A stretch of DNA of 64,000 bases from NCBI RefSeq assembly GCF_048403405.1, contig NZ_CP183129.1. One strand, 5' to 3'. Positions 21,324 through 31,845 of this stretch are shown here, in pieces. Position 1 is the first letter of the stretch. Each line of letters begins with the position of its first letter. The notes under the pieces are model-generated. The model was given only the letters and a program-made list of their open reading frames with translations, was not told the origin of the DNA and made no database searches. Source of the DNA: Escherichia coli (lineage in GTDB: Bacteria > Pseudomonadota > Gammaproteobacteria > Enterobacterales > Enterobacteriaceae). Made by a program: the position numbers and the translations under genes.

Positions 21324-22319
21324 ATGGCTTTAAGATTAAATTCTGTTTTTATACTTGCGGTGATTTGCAGTATCCAAATTTGTAGCGCTGCTATTTTAAG
21401 TAAAAGCTATTCACATAATGATATTCATATCACTCTGCCATTATTATTTAATGAGTACGATGATGTACTCAGTCAGTATGACGGGGCAAAATATTTATAC
21501 CCTAGTTCATTTGCTCTTGATGATGATAATAATATTTATATTCAGTATATTTTTGAGCCAAAACAAAAGGATAATATATTAGTTTGTTATAATAAAAAAG
21601 GAAATTACCTTGGGTACTATAAGATACCAAGTGGTGGGCGAGGCGGGGCTGGCGAAGGTTTGGCTATTATACAAGACTATAATGGGTTTAATGTTGTATA
21701 TGTCGTTTCGAATACGGGAACCTTGCAAAGATATAATATGGTGAGTAGCTTGTATGGTGACAGATTATTTAAGGAAAGAGATTTTTCAATTAATGCTTTT
21801 AACCAATTTTCGATGAGTCAAGACTATTGGCTTATTGAAGGTTATGAAAGCGAAAGAAGTATAAAGTATAGTAGAAATAGACTTGAACTATATTCAGTAA
21901 GTGGAGATTTATTAAGAGTAATTTATTTACAGAATAATTATTCTGGATATATTGTATCAGATGCGAGTCCTGATGCAAAGAATTATAATAAAAGACAAGG
22001 GATAGCTTTAGGTGATGGTTTTTTTGTTGCTAGTTATGGTGCCTTTTACTATTCCAAAATGGAAAGTACTTATAATACATATCAAGGCATTAGAGTTTTT
22101 GATTTTTCCGGAAAGCTTTTATCTGAAAAAATTTTCCATCCAAATGAAATGATGAATGTTCTCAAAAAAATGGGCTTAACAGTTTCTAGAATTGAAAATG
22201 AGGGAGTGATAGTCAAGAATAATACTATTTACAGTATGTATATTTATAGTGATAGATACCATCATAAAACCTCCAGAAGTGAAGGGATCATTATTCTACT
22301 GGATGAATTTACTCAATAA
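21324..22319 (+). CDS. Hypothetical secreted protein with N-terminal signal peptide, region 2
   Basis: 331 aa; N-terminus MALRLNSVFILAVICSIQICSAA looks like a cleavable signal peptide; Tyr/Asn-rich. Confidence 0.5.
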   Translation: MALRLNSVFILAVICSIQICSAAILSKSYSHNDIHITLPLLFNEYDDVLSQYDGAKYLYPSSFALDDDNNIYIQYIFEPKQKDNILVCYNKKGNYLGYYKIPSGGRGGAGEGLAIIQDYNGFNVVYVVSNTGTLQRYNMVSSLYGDRLFKERDFSINAFNQFSMSQDYWLIEGYESERSIKYSRNRLELYSVSGDLLRVIYLQNNYSGYIVSDASPDAKNYNKRQGIALGDGFFVASYGAFYYSKMESTYNTYQGIRVFDFSGKLLSEKIFHPNEMMNVLKKMGLTVSRIENEGVIVKNNTIYSMYIYSDRYHHKTSRSEGIIILLDEFTQ

Positions 22320-22480
22320 GAAATCAGACGAGTTTTCATTATATAAAAGTGATATGTTTATATGGTAAAATAATTATATGAACTAAATATATAGGAATAT
22401 ATTTTTATGAGTCATATAGTTATAAAAATAAGGATTCTTGAAGGTAATGCTTTTATTCTACGTTGATAATTTAGAATAAA

Positions 22481-23719
22481 TTATGATATTGACTTTGATC
22501 CAAACAAAAAATCTTTATTCATACCCAATGCATTCTCAAATTTTACTCCTCCATAATAACCCCCATTAACCTGCGTCTTCACCAATAAATACCCCCGAAA
22601 CTTCTTAAACAGTTTCATGTCCGGTTTAAAATCGGCCTGCCAGAACTGGTGCAAATGCCCTTGATACGTCAAGCCTTTGATGTCGTACAGGGCATTGCCC
22701 ATCACTTTGAGTGGTTTGTTATGAATCAGCGCAGAGATCCCCGCCGTACTGTTAATCGTCACTACCGCTTTTGCATGGCGTAATAATTCCGGCATCGGGA
22801 GATCGTGCACATAAATGACTCGCTCATCTAAGCCATATTCCTTACTCAATCGCTTAATTAATGGTCGATAGAGTCTGTGACCACGATCCATCGGATGATG
22901 TTTGATCACCAAATAACTTTCTTTCGGCGCTTTACGTGAAAATGAGTACATGACTTCATTAATATAGTCACGCACATCGTTATAATTACTGTGGTTACGA
23001 ATCTGGCTATCGTTATACACCTGCAAAACGGCAAGATAATAACGCTGATCCAGCTCATTCATTAACCTCGGCAATACCTTGCGCTGTGTTACCTTGTAAA
23101 GTTGCTTGCGCCAGTACGCACGAACCCAGCAACGTGCTTCATACCAGGGGGAAAATGATTTGTGGTGGCGGTAGCGAGGGAACTCATGACGGTAATGCCA
23201 GCCCATCAGGTAATACCACATCGCATGGCCAATGCGTTTCATCGTTGAAGGTTTTAAGTTCTCAACGTGCGGCGCAGGCATATCTGGCAACTTACGATAA
23301 AAATCCGGATCGCGCGGTAGCGAGGAATATGCGTTCACTCCGCCTTCTTCAACGGTTATAAATTGCGGGCGTAAATATCCTTCCTCAAATGCCAGAAAGC
23401 GGATCCCTTTCGACTTTGCCCAGCGTTTTGCTTCTTTGTGCAATGGGCGGCAGTCACCAAAGCAGAGGATGGTATCAAAGTCATATTGCCGGTGGAGAGC
23501 CCGTAACCATCCGGGAAACTCTTTCGGCGTTTGGTAGTAAGCCAGGTATTGTCGATGGCGGCAGTAAAAACGATCCCCGCCGTTGAAGACAACATTCACA
23601 GCGTTACGGCCTAATGACTCTAACCATTCGGCGACGTCATTGAAAAAAGGTCCCATCGGTCCCTGCAATAGCAGATATTTTTTACCCGATAATAAAATGG
23701 TTAGTGCGTTGCCTTGCAT
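22481..23719 (-). CDS. kpsS: Capsule biosynthesis protein KpsS (Kdo transferase for the poly-Kdo linker)
   Basis: 412-aa ORF; last gene of convergent region 1. Confidence 0.88.
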   Translation of the reverse strand: MQGNALTILLSGKKYLLLQGPMGPFFNDVAEWLESLGRNAVNVVFNGGDRFYCRHRQYLAYYQTPKEFPGWLRALHRQYDFDTILCFGDCRPLHKEAKRWAKSKGIRFLAFEEGYLRPQFITVEEGGVNAYSSLPRDPDFYRKLPDMPAPHVENLKPSTMKRIGHAMWYYLMGWHYRHEFPRYRHHKSFSPWYEARCWVRAYWRKQLYKVTQRKVLPRLMNELDQRYYLAVLQVYNDSQIRNHSNYNDVRDYINEVMYSFSRKAPKESYLVIKHHPMDRGHRLYRPLIKRLSKEYGLDERVIYVHDLPMPELLRHAKAVVTINSTAGISALIHNKPLKVMGNALYDIKGLTYQGHLHQFWQADFKPDMKLFKKFRGYLLVKTQVNGGYYGGVKFENALGMNKDFLFGSKSIS

Positions 23720-23753
23720 AAATAATCTGTGTAATAGTCAACTATGAAATTGT

Positions 23754-25781
23754 TTAGCCAAATCTGACCTTGCAGAACATAATTAATTTGCGGTAATAGC
23801 GTATTACCCGCCCCGCTTTTTTTCGGGTAATAAACATCGGCTTACGCGGCGTCTGGATTAAATATTCCGCAGCTTCCTCAACCGTAATAGGCTGTAGCCG
23901 TGTTGGGTGAATATATGTTGGGTAAACAATCAACGCCTGATAGATCAAGTCTGCTATCGTTAATCTGCGCTCGCGGCGCGGGCAATGATGTTCATCAACG
24001 GTTAAACCCCAACCGGCATAGAAGGGCAGGCCGTAACAATGAACTTGCTTGCCATGTAATAACGCTTCAAACCCGGACAATGATGTCATGGTGTGCACTT
24101 CATCTGCGCGCTGGATGCATTGAATAATATCTGCGTCCAGTGCCTGATAATCAGCGAGTTCAGCAATTAGTTCTGTCGGAATATTGCCCTTGCGATTCCC
24201 CACCAGTACATCCGGGTGCGGTTTATAAATAATGTAAGCGTGCGGATTGCGCTCGCGTACTGTGCGTAATAACTCAAGGTTGCTCTTAATCGACACAGTG
24301 CCTGTTTTAATTGAGGCATCGTCTTCTACCTGACCCGGCACCAGGATGATTTTTTTATCTTTGGCCTCGGCAGGCAGAGAGAAATCGGCCCCCAGGTTGT
24401 ATTTGCTCAGTTTGCTTTCAACCAGTCGCTGGCGTAATTTTTCAGCTCGCATCTGCTGCGCCAGCGTTAACTGGCTGTGATTAAGCAGGACTTCCAGGTC
24501 GCTGGGGCGCGTGGCGTCATAGTAGATCCCGCGTTTATCCAGTACCAACGATAGCGGCGGCAAAAGGTCAGAGCCAAGTCCGGATGAACGCAGAAAACCA
24601 TCTTCCATTCGCCATAACGGCAGTGATTTTTGTTGCGCTTCGGCTAGCCATTGCTGTTCTCCCTTTACACCCCATACCACGCAAGCCGTCGCCGCAGTAC
24701 AACGGCGTGAATAACTCAGTCTGTTTGTTGCGGTACACAAGAAAGGTTTCAGGATTGCCGACTTCCACAGCGTTAAGCCTGGCGCCCATAAATAGCCATT
24801 ACGCTGTTGCTGATGGTTGCGCTGTAATTGCAGCCATTGCAGTACGGTAAACAGATCGCTTGCGGCCCCCGTGAGCGGGTCGATATAGCGACAGTAACGC
24901 AGGTATGCAGCGGCAAAAAGTTCTTCCAGCGTGGCAGAACCGCGTCGGGCAGATAACAAAGCGGACTGCGGATGGCGATCGTCGGTTAAGCCCCAGCCTG
25001 CATACCAGGGCTGGCCGAAACATGTTACTGGTTTTCCTGCCAGCAAGGCTTCAAAGCCGTATTGGGATGTCACGACGTAAACCCGGGAAACGTGTCGCAA
25101 TAGCGACTGCGGGCTGACATTCTCGGCAATCAAACGTACTCGTTGCGTGGCACGCAGATCAGCGAAATAACCTGTTTTCTTTCCTTCCAGGACATCCGGA
25201 TGCACCTTCACCCAAATTTCGGCTTGAGGATTTTCCTCCATCGCAGCTTCCAGCATGGCAGCAAACTCATGCGGGCCAGCATTGCCATACGTCACGGACA
25301 TGTCATTAAATGTCTGATCGACAACCAGAACGATGTCTGCACGTTCTGACTCATCAGCCACAAATGCAGGCGCCAGGTTATATTTCGACAAATCCCCGGT
25401 CACGATGGTGTGCATCGCTTCTCTGGCCTGATCAGCCAATGCCGCATTTCCGGCTTTATCCTGTACCAGTTTCTCCAGCGCCGAAGGCTTGCTGGCATCG
25501 TAGTAAATGCCACAATCATCCACCACCAGAGAAAGCGGCGGCTCGCCATTGACGCCAAGATCCAGCGAACGCACAAATCCATCTTCCAGACGAATGACGG
25601 GTTTTCCCGCTGCTTTGGCGATGGCGACTGGTTTCGCCGCGCTGGGACGATGTCCCCACACGGCGATAGCATCGACGTTTTGCGGAACAGGGCGCAGCAG
25701 AGAAAGTTTCTGGCATGGTTGCGCCAGAAATTTCTCCAGATGCGGAATACGCCAGATGCCAGGCGAGTAAATGCCAATCAT
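23754..25781 (-). CDS. kpsC: Capsule biosynthesis protein KpsC
   Basis: 675-aa ORF with internally duplicated domains; stop overlaps kpsU start. Confidence 0.9.
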   Translation of the reverse strand: MIGIYSPGIWRIPHLEKFLAQPCQKLSLLRPVPQNVDAIAVWGHRPSAAKPVAIAKAAGKPVIRLEDGFVRSLDLGVNGEPPLSLVVDDCGIYYDASKPSALEKLVQDKAGNAALADQAREAMHTIVTGDLSKYNLAPAFVADESERADIVLVVDQTFNDMSVTYGNAGPHEFAAMLEAAMEENPQAEIWVKVHPDVLEGKKTGYFADLRATQRVRLIAENVSPQSLLRHVSRVYVVTSQYGFEALLAGKPVTCFGQPWYAGWGLTDDRHPQSALLSARRGSATLEELFAAAYLRYCRYIDPLTGAASDLFTVLQWLQLQRNHQQQRNGYLWAPGLTLWKSAILKPFLCTATNRLSYSRRCTAATACVVWGVKGEQQWLAEAQQKSLPLWRMEDGFLRSSGLGSDLLPPLSLVLDKRGIYYDATRPSDLEVLLNHSQLTLAQQMRAEKLRQRLVESKLSKYNLGADFSLPAEAKDKKIILVPGQVEDDASIKTGTVSIKSNLELLRTVRERNPHAYIIYKPHPDVLVGNRKGNIPTELIAELADYQALDADIIQCIQRADEVHTMTSLSGFEALLHGKQVHCYGLPFYAGWGLTVDEHHCPRRERRLTIADLIYQALIVYPTYIHPTRLQPITVEEAAEYLIQTPRKPMFITRKKAGRVIRYYRKLIMFCKVRFG

Positions 25782-26518
25782 GCGTTTTCAGCCAGTTCCT
25801 GTGCCCTCAGGGCGCGCACTTTTTCCAGGCATGCTGGGGTGTCGACGCCCGGACCGGTTGCGGCAATCTCAAACGTGCGAATGTTGATCCCCGCGTTCAT
25901 TAACCGTAGCTGCTCCAGTGATTCTGCCTGCTCTGGCATGGACTCCGGTAACTGGCTGTAGTTTTGCAGCACATCGCGACGATAAGCGTAAATACCAACG
26001 TGTTTCAGGTAGCGCGCTTTTTCAGCATTACGCGGATAGGGAATCGGCGAACGGCTAAAATAAAGCGCATCCTGGCGGGTATTTACCACCACTTTTACCG
26101 TGCTTGGCTCGGTCGCTTCTTCGGCAGAAATCGCGTGGCATAGCGTTGCCACTGGCAACGCGGGGTCATCACGCATTCCTTGTAACAGCGTTCCTACATC
26201 CCGTGGGCGAATCATTGGTTCGTCGCCCTGCAGGTTAATGTTGATATCTGCCTCGACTTTATGCATCACCTCGACCAGCCGATCGGTGCCGGATTCATGA
26301 TCGTTGCGCGTCATGATGGATTTCCCGCCAAATGCCTGCACGGCCTTTTCAACACGCTGATCGTCTGTTGCCACCCAAACTTCCGCAACGCCCACCACCT
26401 GTAACGCACGCTCGTAAACATGCTGGATCATCGGTTTACCAACAATATCGAGCAGTGGCTTACCCGGCAGGCGCGATGAGCCATAACGAGCCGGGATGAC
26501 AATAACAGCTTTGCTCAT
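25778..26518 (-). CDS. kpsU: CMP-Kdo synthetase KpsU
   Basis: 246-aa ORF, KdsB-like ([22 protein letters not shown]). Confidence 0.9.
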   Translation of the reverse strand: MSKAVIVIPARYGSSRLPGKPLLDIVGKPMIQHVYERALQVVGVAEVWVATDDQRVEKAVQAFGGKSIMTRNDHESGTDRLVEVMHKVEADININLQGDEPMIRPRDVGTLLQGMRDDPALPVATLCHAISAEEATEPSTVKVVVNTRQDALYFSRSPIPYPRNAEKARYLKHVGIYAYRRDVLQNYSQLPESMPEQAESLEQLRLMNAGINIRTFEIAATGPGVDTPACLEKVRALRAQELAENA

Positions 26519-26527
26519 TTCAACTCC

Positions 26528-28207
26528 TTACAAAGACAGAATCACTTTTGCACCCACCGCCAGCTGATAGAGGATGGTGGAAATACCACGGGTAACTTCA
26601 ATATTTTTCGATTCATATTTCGGCAGAACCATAATCTCATCGCCCGGTTTGAGTGAATCCACATCTTCTGCGTTGACGGCTGCACCGTTCTGACGAATGA
26701 CGATAATTCTGGCGTTACCCGATTTTTGCGTCAGGCCACCACATTTCTCGATGTAATCCTCGGTGGTCATACCCTTCTGCCAGCTCACCGCGTTCGGGAA
26801 CAGCACTTCGCCATGAACCATAACCAGCGATGTTTTCTCCGGAATATTGATGACGTCGCCATCTTCAAGCAGAACAGAATCAATATTGGATTCGTTGAGG
26901 ATCACTTCACCTTTCGGAACCACGGTGCGTGCTTTCGCCACAAAGCGGCTGATCAGTTGTGCTTCCTGCATTCGCAGGCTGGCTTCTTCTTTGGTGGATG
27001 ACTGGGCAGAAAGTGATGCTTCCTCCAGCTTTTGCAGCGAGAGATTCAGCATCTCTTTCTGACGCTGAGCCACTGATGGGCGATAAAGCTGAACTGCGTT
27101 CATCTGCGACATGCTGTTCGGGCGGACTTTTTCCAGAACTGCACGCATAGTGGAACCATAAGGCAGTACCATGGCATGTTCACCGGAGTGTGCGCCTTCA
27201 ACCCGCACCTGAATGGTGCCAGCATAGCGGTCAGTGCTCACGATTAAGGTATCGCCGTTCTGCAACATACGGCCTGGCGCAGAACTGATCGGATAGTATT
27301 CGCTGCGTTTTTGCAGCCCCTGTTTACGCATAATCGTAATGTGAGTCGCGCCAGGCTTAGGGCGCGCCCAGCTCAACGCTTCCGTTACGGGAATGCTGCT
27401 TTCGCGGAACTCAAAGTCGTAGCTGTTAAAGACATCGCCCTGAACGCTGAAAGTATGCTGACGCGGCCCGACGATGATGGTGTCACCATCGGCGAACTGC
27501 GAAAGCCCCAGTTTGCCGTTCAGCAGGAAGTCGTACAGGTTAACGTTGGAGCGCACGCGGTTACCGCGCTTGACCACAATATCAACGTAACTTCCGCGCT
27601 CTGGATCAACGCCGCCAGCCTTGATCAGATAATTGAGTAACGAATCAGACGTCACACCGCCATACAGACCAGGATTACGCACAAATCCGGTCACGTACAC
27701 TTTTACTGGCTGCGCCTGTAATAAGGAGGCGTAGACGTTGACGTTGGACTGGTATACTTCCTTCACTTTGGATGTGACCAGGGCATTTAGCTGACTATTA
27801 CTGACGCCAGCAACTTTCACCGGACCAACGTTCGGCAGGAAAATATTACCTTTGGGATCAACCTGTAACGCACCATCAAAGGTGAACGCACCCCACAAGC
27901 GAACCTGAATGCTATCACCCGGATTCAGAATATAGTCAGGGTTGAATCCTACCGTCGCACCGCTATCCGCGCTGGTGCCGTTGAAAAGTTGAGCACCAAA
28001 CATACGGCTCATTACCACCGGCGGTGCGGGCGGCGGGGTATTGTCGAAGCCGCTCATGTTTTGCGTATCCGACTTCTGTCCGTTCAGAATACCGGTAAGC
28101 GGCGCGGCTCCTGTCAGGTTTGGGTCAGCGTTAATATCAATGACCGCGCTGGCCTGCGCCGCGTGACAGGCGGCAATCAGTAAAATTGATTTAAATAATT
28201 TCATCAC
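26528..28207 (-). CDS. kpsD: Capsule export protein KpsD (OPX family)
   Basis: 559-aa ORF with N-terminal signal peptide. Confidence 0.9.
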   Translation of the reverse strand: MMKLFKSILLIAACHAAQASAVIDINADPNLTGAAPLTGILNGQKSDTQNMSGFDNTPPPAPPVVMSRMFGAQLFNGTSADSGATVGFNPDYILNPGDSIQVRLWGAFTFDGALQVDPKGNIFLPNVGPVKVAGVSNSQLNALVTSKVKEVYQSNVNVYASLLQAQPVKVYVTGFVRNPGLYGGVTSDSLLNYLIKAGGVDPERGSYVDIVVKRGNRVRSNVNLYDFLLNGKLGLSQFADGDTIIVGPRQHTFSVQGDVFNSYDFEFRESSIPVTEALSWARPKPGATHITIMRKQGLQKRSEYYPISSAPGRMLQNGDTLIVSTDRYAGTIQVRVEGAHSGEHAMVLPYGSTMRAVLEKVRPNSMSQMNAVQLYRPSVAQRQKEMLNLSLQKLEEASLSAQSSTKEEASLRMQEAQLISRFVAKARTVVPKGEVILNESNIDSVLLEDGDVINIPEKTSLVMVHGEVLFPNAVSWQKGMTTEDYIEKCGGLTQKSGNARIIVIRQNGAAVNAEDVDSLKPGDEIMVLPKYESKNIEVTRGISTILYQLAVGAKVILSL

Positions 28208-28227
28208 AAACTCATTCAGCGACAGCG

Positions 28228-29376
28228 TTAGTCTCGGTGATCTTCAATAACAGCCAGCAACAGTTTCAGGGTGCCGAACAGTAAGCAGCACACCAGTAAC
28301 CAGCAGGCGATCAAATAAGGGATATTTGGAAAAGACGATTCCTGCGGCAACTGTGGCGAACTGATCACTGACAGCACCTTGAGCTTACGAGCCGCTTCTA
28401 CACGGGTCTTTTCAATGGAGGTCAGGGTCAGTTTGTACAGCTCGGTGTTGAACTCTACTTTTGATTTGATTTCTTCAAAATCCACTGCCATACGGTTTAG
28501 CTTGTCACCCTGTGGCGCAGTGATTTTGCTTTTTTCTTCGTCAATTTGTGCCTGCAATGACTGAATCGCATTACGCGCACTCACAACTTGCGGGGCGTCC
28601 TCACGCAGATACGTCAGCAAGTTCCGCAGGTCCGCTTCCATCTGGATCTTCTGGCCCATCAGCGTATTCACTAACGTGCTCGCCGCCTGTGCCTGTGCCT
28701 GTGGATCCAGAACGTTGTTGTTGTCCTGATAAGAGAGCAATTCCGCTTTGCTGGCGTCCAGACGCTGGCGTGCCTTTTCCATCTCCGTTTCTGCAAAGGC
28801 AAGCTGGTCACGCGCGATGCGATGTGACATCTCATTGATAAAGCGCTCTGACTCTTTCAGCACGGTTTGGTTAAACTTAAGCGCAAACTCCGGGCTAAAG
28901 CCCTGCGTCTGAATATTCAGTAATCCGGTTTTATCGTCATACGAGACGTTGATACGGTCCTTGTAGTACTTCAGGAAGCCTTCTGCGGTTTCATCCTTGC
29001 TAAGATGATTAAGAAAATCGAGCCCGCTGTGGCTAAACGCTTCACGAAAATTTAGTTGCTTATCCAGCGCCGCCAGCATATCCGGCGAGTTGATGTACTC
29101 TTTCAGATACAACGCATCTTCTGCGGAACTGGGGTTAGAGGCACCCAGAAGCAGACCAAAATTCAGGCTGCCGCTGTTTAAATCATCCGAGCGTTTAATG
29201 GCGACTTTCGACTCGCTCATATAGCGAGGCTGGCTGAAGATAGCCAGATAGATCAGCAGCACCGCCATCGGTGCCAGAATGATGATTTTTGCCAGGTGCT
29301 TTTGGATATCTGCCAGTGAGATGGCAGACAGACGAGCACGCATCCAGGATACGGCAGACTTCACTTTTATCAACAT
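28228..29376 (-). CDS. kpsE: Capsule export inner-membrane protein KpsE (PCP-3 family)
   Basis: 382-aa ORF with N- and C-terminal hydrophobic segments and coiled-coil middle. Confidence 0.9.
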   Translation of the reverse strand: MLIKVKSAVSWMRARLSAISLADIQKHLAKIIILAPMAVLLIYLAIFSQPRYMSESKVAIKRSDDLNSGSLNFGLLLGASNPSSAEDALYLKEYINSPDMLAALDKQLNFREAFSHSGLDFLNHLSKDETAEGFLKYYKDRINVSYDDKTGLLNIQTQGFSPEFALKFNQTVLKESERFINEMSHRIARDQLAFAETEMEKARQRLDASKAELLSYQDNNNVLDPQAQAQAASTLVNTLMGQKIQMEADLRNLLTYLREDAPQVVSARNAIQSLQAQIDEEKSKITAPQGDKLNRMAVDFEEIKSKVEFNTELYKLTLTSIEKTRVEAARKLKVLSVISSPQLPQESSFPNIPYLIACWLLVCCLLFGTLKLLLAVIEDHRD

Positions 29377-29447
29377 GTAACGATTATCAAAGTTTCAGTG
29401 GGGCGCAAACTCAATGAGAGACTAACCTCTCGAACCCCGTTGCTTAA

Positions 29448-30431
29448 TTAGTCGAAAATGCGCACAAGGCCAGTGACTTTATTTGCCTTGTTGGTCACCA
29501 ATAACGTTGAGACGCGGTGCTTTTGCATTTTTTCTTCCGCTTCAATGATCATGGTGTCTTCCGGTAGCGTCAGCGGTTCACGTGTCATCATCTGCGCAGC
29601 CGTAGCGGATGTCAGAGAACCCTCTTTTTCCATAAAACGACGCAGGTCACCGTCGGTGATAATGCCCGCTAGCCCACCTTCTGCGTCTTCTACCATCACC
29701 ATTCCCTGGCATCCGCTGGTGATACGTTGAATCACGGTTTTAAATGACGCATCCAGCTGTACCGCAGGAACATCATGCTGCATGACATCAGCAACGCGGG
29801 TCAGCAGGCGACGACCTAATGAACCGCCCGGGTGATAGCGCGCAAAATCATTCGGCATAAATTTGCGTTGGTGGATCATGGCAATCGCCAGCGCATCGCC
29901 GATCGCCATCGTCAGCGTGGTAGACGTTGTTGGTGCAAGATTATTCGGGCAGGTTTCATTCGCCATGTGGAGTTCCAACACGGCATCAGCATTTTTCGCC
30001 AGCGTGGAATTTCCATTATTGGTAATGGCGATAATTCGATTGCCGAAATTTTTCAGTGAAGGAACTAGCTTGAGGATTTCATCCGTTTCACCGCTGGCAG
30101 AAATAAGGATCAGAAGATCGTAAGGCGTAATCATGCCCAGATCGCCATGGAAAGCTTCTGCAGGATGAATAAAGAAACTAGGCGTACCCGTAGAGGCCAG
30201 CGTCGCTGATATTTTACGACCGACATGCCCTGATTTACCCATTCCCGAAAGAATAACGTGCCCTTTACAGTTCATTATCAAATTAAGGACACGCTGGTAC
30301 TGCCCGGAATCCAGTTGTTTAGACAAGTTTTGTAATGCTGCGCTTTGTTCTGCCAGAGTCTGGCGAACAGAGGTAATTAGATATGGATCGATAGTACTGC
30401 TCTGGTCATCAGGTAAATGTCTTTCAGACAT
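29448..30431 (-). CDS. kpsF: Arabinose-5-phosphate isomerase KpsF
   Basis: 327-aa product from ATG at 30431 (MSERHLPDDQ...); SIS and CBS domain pattern; longer ORF-track start rejected. Confidence 0.9.
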   Translation of the reverse strand: MSERHLPDDQSSTIDPYLITSVRQTLAEQSAALQNLSKQLDSGQYQRVLNLIMNCKGHVILSGMGKSGHVGRKISATLASTGTPSFFIHPAEAFHGDLGMITPYDLLILISASGETDEILKLVPSLKNFGNRIIAITNNGNSTLAKNADAVLELHMANETCPNNLAPTTSTTLTMAIGDALAIAMIHQRKFMPNDFARYHPGGSLGRRLLTRVADVMQHDVPAVQLDASFKTVIQRITSGCQGMVMVEDAEGGLAGIITDGDLRRFMEKEGSLTSATAAQMMTREPLTLPEDTMIIEAEEKMQKHRVSTLLVTNKANKVTGLVRIFD

Positions 30432-31240
30432 ATCAGCTCCTTTGCACGGAAATAATGCCACAGTCACAACAAACCTGAACCCACTATAATTTATTTATGC
30501 TAAATCAATGGGTTGTAACAAAATTTTTAATGAATATAAAACCATGGTCAGTCCATGCTTATATGCAGGACTTATCACCTTCTTATTAAGTCGCAATGTC
30601 TCATGGAGGTGCGAAGACGCTGCAATATTACAGGCGAGAAAGGGAACCAAATTTTGCCCACCTATTTAACACACTCCTACATTATGAACAAGGAATTTAG
30701 GATTTTTATCATTTATTAAAATGTTTCCTACTTGACTATTAATGCCAAAAACAATTTATCAATTGATTATTTCCTTGTAAAAAAAGAACGTATGACTATG
30801 TTATTAATAAATAAAACACGCAAATAATGGTGATGTTGTTTTGTGATTAATTATTTAAGTGATTCATAATAAACAGGTTGACAATTTCTATGTAAAGAAG
30901 AGGAAAATAATAAAATTTTAGCGGTGACTATTGAGTGATATGATAGTTGTGGTGTTGATTATTTCTGGTAATGAATGCGGAATTAAATCTGGCCGGATTG
31001 TATTTTTGCTATATCTATTTTTCAGGAGATTATTATTAAATAGAAAAATAACAATGGTGATTATCTCCGGTTGAGCTGGAGTCACGTATGCCAGCGAGTG
31101 CTTTCTTCCGGGCCTTCCTTCACTTCAGAGAAAGAGCCTATGGAAAAGAGGCAATCATCAGGCTCTTTTTGAGTCATATGCGCCGATAATCAACTGTCTT
31201 GAACGTAAAAATTATGGAGCAACATGATGCTACGATTCAT
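30432..31240 (-). promoter_or_regulatory. AT-rich region upstream of kpsF, expected site of kps region 1 promoter
   Basis: Long AT-rich non-coding stretch; exact promoter elements not mapped here. Confidence 0.45.
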
Positions 31241-31241
31241 T

Positions 31242-31445
31242 TCACTCTTCGTTCTTTCTGAGCATTGCGTTCAGGATGGTCAGCAATTTACGCATACAGT
31301 CAACCAGCGCCACTTTTTTGGTTTTTCCGGGTGCTGGCAGATGCATGTAAAACGCCTCTTTCACCGGATTAAACCAGGTTACCACAAGCGCTGCCATGTG
31401 CAGGGCTGCTCTTGCCTCCGTACGCGCACTGGCGTCGTTCGGCCA
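31242..31445 (-). pseudogene. 3' remnant of an IS110-family transposase gene
   Basis: Minus-strand translation ends ...AALHMAALVVTWFNPVKEAFYMHLPAPGKTKKVALVDCMRKLLTILNAMLRKNEE, resembling the conserved C-terminus of IS110/IS1111 transposases; no upstream part. Confidence 0.45.
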
Positions 31446-31579
31446 GCAGATATGTGTGGGATAACAGGGATGTTATGTGAACTGAACTGTGTTTTGCTAG
31501 CGGGGGATGTTTATTGATGATTCGGGAGTGTTTAAGACCTGATGGCGTTATGCACCCAAGTTTATTTTATATAAAGATC

Positions 31580-31612
31580 CAAAAGCAAAAACCCGCCTTG
31601 TGGGCGGGTTCT
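31580..31612 (-). terminator. Rho-independent terminator on minus strand (AACCCGCC-CACAA-GGCGGGTT then TTTTGCTTTTGG)
   Basis: Hairpin plus T-tract read on reverse complement; lies next to the tRNA-Phe 3' fragment. Confidence 0.55.
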
Positions 31613-31622
31613 TAAGAATTAG

Positions 31623-31641
31623 TGGTGCCCGGAATCGGAAT
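31623..31641 (-). repeat. tRNA-Phe 3'-end fragment (island attachment-site direct repeat), not an intact tRNA
   Basis: Plus strand TGGTGCCCGGAATCGGAAT is reverse complement of ATTCCGAtTCCGGGCACCA, matching the 3' end of tRNA-Phe with one mismatch; no remaining tRNA body. Confidence 0.6.
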
Positions 31642-31845
31642 GAAACTGATTGTATAACAAATTGTTTTATATAGATTATTTTGTATTTGTTGTTTTTGAG
31701 GCCACCAATGAGGCCCCCATGTGCAATTCGAATTCTTTTGACGCTATAATCCCTCTTTTTTGTGCTTTGCTGTAATCATTTGGTCTGGTTCGATATGCTG
31801 AATTGTGGAATCGTACTTAACGCGTTTGTTAGCTGGTCAGAACAC

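Noticed and set aside
31224..31517. 97-aa plus-strand ORF near kpsF
   Set aside because: The opposite strand of the same DNA encodes a recognisable IS110-family transposase C-terminus, so the plus-strand ORF is taken as an antisense artefact.
31623..31641. Possible tRNA gene
   Set aside because: Only the last 19 nt of tRNA-Phe are present; there is no acceptor/D/anticodon structure, so it is an attachment-site repeat, not a tRNA gene.
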